Part shown: piece by piece, positions 58,478 through 60,655 of the stretch
How the letters are laid out: each line of letters opens with the position of its first letter
Numbering within the stretch: position 1 is the first letter of the stretch
Origin: a virus
Lineage: Duplodnaviria; Caudoviricetes
Reading direction: 5' to 3' (one strand)
Length of the DNA stretch: 60,655 nucleotides
Virus record (IMG/VR): IMGVR_UViG_3300025671_000067
Coordinates: 1-60,655 of that record
The notes under the pieces: generated by a model
What the model saw: only the letters and a program-made list of their open reading frames with translations
What the model was told of the DNA's origin: nothing
Databases searched by the model: none
Position numbers and translations under genes: made by a program

Positions 58478-58649
58478 AACAGGGGTGGGGCGTTAACCGG
58501 ATTTTGCCCTACCCTAGTGTTTTACTCAGTAACGTGTTTTCGACAAGTAGGCTATATCGCCAATGTCGGAAGCCGGCTTTTACTATTTTTTAGTGTTTCA
58601 TGTGGTAACAAAACAGTGGTAAACAACAGTCCAAGAAGGAGGACACAAC

Positions 58650-59744
58650 ATGGCTATGACAGCTAAAAGGATGTACGCGCAGTCACTTACTGCGTGCGAA
58701 GATATGATCGTTGCGATGGGTACGCAGCAGACCATACTGATGCAGGGTCACATGGGTATTGGTAAGACATCGATACTCAAATCTCTCGCGGAACGTCTAC
58801 CGAATCACATACCCTGCTACTTTGACTGTACGACCAAGGATCTGGGTGACATCTCGATCCCCAACGTCATGCAGTTAGATGGCGCGGATTTTGTGCAGTA
58901 CGTACCCAATGAGGAGTTTGGCGTACACACGGGCAAGCCGGTCATCCTGATGATCGATGAGTTCGGTAAGGCCAACCCAGCAGTTAAGAATGCGTTGTTA
59001 CGTGTGATCCTCGAACGGCAGGTGGGTAACAAGCCGTTACCCAAAGATAGTATTGTGATTGCGACGACTAACTTGGGTGAGGAGGGTGTCGGTGACTTGT
59101 TACCCGCACACGCACTCAATCGCCTGACCGTCATCGAGGTAGCCAAACCCACGCCTGACGAGTGGGTCGAGTGGGGTATCGCCAACGAGGTCGATCCCAT
59201 CGTGCTGGCATGGGCGCGTAACAACGACAAAGCGTTCGCAGACTTCCGTGATGTAGAAGACCCTGACGATAACGACTTTATCTATCATCCACGCTCACAG
59301 CGTGCAGCGTTTGTTACACCTCGCTCGCTCGAAGCGGCCAGTCATTGGTTCAAAGCGCGGGATCAGTTCGGTGACAGATCGTTGCAAGCGGCACTCATCG
59401 GTACCATCGGTGAAGCAGCGGGTGGTGACATGATGGCGTTCGCTCGACTAGCGGAGCAGTTGCCATCCATCGACTCAATCAAGAATGATCCGCTCAGCGC
59501 GATAGTGCCAACCAGTGCGGGTGCAGTCATGATGGTTGTGTATAAGGTGTTATCGACACTCGAACGTGACTGGGTTGACCAGTGTATGGACTACATGTTG
59601 CGCCTATCAAAAGAAGCGCAGGGTGTGTTCGCCAATGGTGTACGTGCGAAGAAGTACGCCAAGCAATCTATCGTCATGCAGAATCGCAAGTTCACGCAGT
59701 GGGCGATGGATAACAATTACTTGTTTACAGCAGACGTTAAGTAA
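58650..59744 (+). CDS. MoxR-like AAA+ ATPase
   Basis: GHMGIGKT Walker A, ILMIDEFGK Walker B, ATTN, ALNRL, TPRS. Confidence 0.9.
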   Translation: MAMTAKRMYAQSLTACEDMIVAMGTQQTILMQGHMGIGKTSILKSLAERLPNHIPCYFDCTTKDLGDISIPNVMQLDGADFVQYVPNEEFGVHTGKPVILMIDEFGKANPAVKNALLRVILERQVGNKPLPKDSIVIATTNLGEEGVGDLLPAHALNRLTVIEVAKPTPDEWVEWGIANEVDPIVLAWARNNDKAFADFRDVEDPDDNDFIYHPRSQRAAFVTPRSLEAASHWFKARDQFGDRSLQAALIGTIGEAAGGDMMAFARLAEQLPSIDSIKNDPLSAIVPTSAGAVMMVVYKVLSTLERDWVDQCMDYMLRLSKEAQGVFANGVRAKKYAKQSIVMQNRKFTQWAMDNNYLFTADVK

Positions 59745-59755
59745 GGAGGACTGAC

Positions 59756-60655
59756 ATGTTCGCACTTAATGTAACCTTGACCGCTGAACAGCGGATAGAG
59801 AAAGCCGTGATGTCTATCATGGCGCATGACACGTACGTGGGTTTGTCTAGCGTGCTGATGATTGGTACTCGCACCGTCGAGGATAATGTACCTACCGCGT
59901 GCACCAACGGGCGTGATGAGATGTATGGGCGTGCGTTTGTCGATTCGCTCACCGATGCTGAGTTACGTTTCGTGATATTACATGAGGCGTATCACAAGAT
60001 GTACAGCCATCTGACAACGTGGAAACATCTTTACGACAAGCACGCGTTCTTGGCTAACGTGTCGTGTGACTACGTGATCAACGTGCAGCTAGTTGATGGC
60101 GATGCGGGTGAAGGGTTCATTGTGATGCCTGATATCGGGTTGTTCGATGCCGAGTATCGCAACATGGACTCAGCGCAAGTGTTCCACAAAATCTACGAGT
60201 CGCTTGACGAATCCCGAGGATACCGATACCGGTGGGTTTGCATACGGTAAGCCGCTCGATGACCACGATTGGGAGGGTGCTGAAGCGTTAACCGCTGAGG
60301 AGAAGCGTGACCTTGAACGTGAGATTGACGAAGCCATACGTCAGGGTGCGCTAGTTGCTGGCAAGTTGGGTAGTGGTGGTGCGCGTGACCTCGAAGCGTT
60401 ACTCAAACCACAAATTAATTGGCGTGACGCACTGCGTGAGTTCATTGCTACTACGTGTGCCGGTAACGACTTTTCCACATACGCACGACCCAACCGGCGT
60501 TATCTCAGCACAGGTGTGTATCTGCCCAGTGGTATCAGTCAGCAGGTCAAGGAGTTGGTGATCGCCATCGATACGTCAGGTTCTATCCGTCAGCGTGACT
60601 TGACGGTGTTCTTGTCTGAGATCAAATCCATCTGCGATACCGTGCATCCCGAAGC
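59756..60655 (+). pseudogene. Metallopeptidase (HEXXH) + VWA domain protein (DUF2201-like), frameshifted near 60212 and 3' truncated by the window
   Basis: PTACTNG, ILHEAYH, ANVSCDYVIN; the +1 frame continues LDDHDW...QINWRDAL...RPNRR...IAIDTSGSI (MIDAS). Confidence 0.8.

Noticed and set aside
55667-58666. Short ORFs starting with or containing MEFHT (55667-55867, 56371-56643, 58136-58474, 58463-58666)
   Set aside because: By-products of the palindrome, which reads ATGGAATTCCAT on both strands; no RBS support

Overview
This window is a large piece of a tailed dsDNA bacteriophage genome with podovirus-like gene content. No host genes, rRNA, tRNA, CRISPR array or integrase were recognised. It has three blocks. 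(1) A + strand replication module (1-9822): family A DNA polymerase (truncated at the window edge), PD-(D/E)XK nuclease, HNH-like protein, SNF2 helicase, HTH protein, SSB and primase-helicase. (2) A - strand late/virion module (9819-55519): terminases, portal, GroES, scaffold, Mu gpT-like major capsid protein, small basic proteins, adaptor/nozzle, S74-chaperone tail fibre, holin/lysozyme and large internal/ejection proteins. (3) A + strand early module (55891-end): orphan genes, DUF3150-like protein, MoxR-like AAA ATPase and a frameshifted metallopeptidase-VWA gene. Four signals are not explained by the gene calls. A candidate ~80-nt sRNA (9559-9637) has its own promoter and terminator and two anti-Shine-Dalgarno CCUCCU motifs complementary to RBSs of this phage's genes. 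A 16-24 bp palindrome (CCAGTATGGAATTCCATACTGG) occurs four times in the early region. A short [FYM]xxGG peptide motif recurs in at least eight virion-module proteins. An iteron/AT-rich origin-like region lies at 56650-57015. All product calls come from motif recognition by eye and gene order; no database searches were run.
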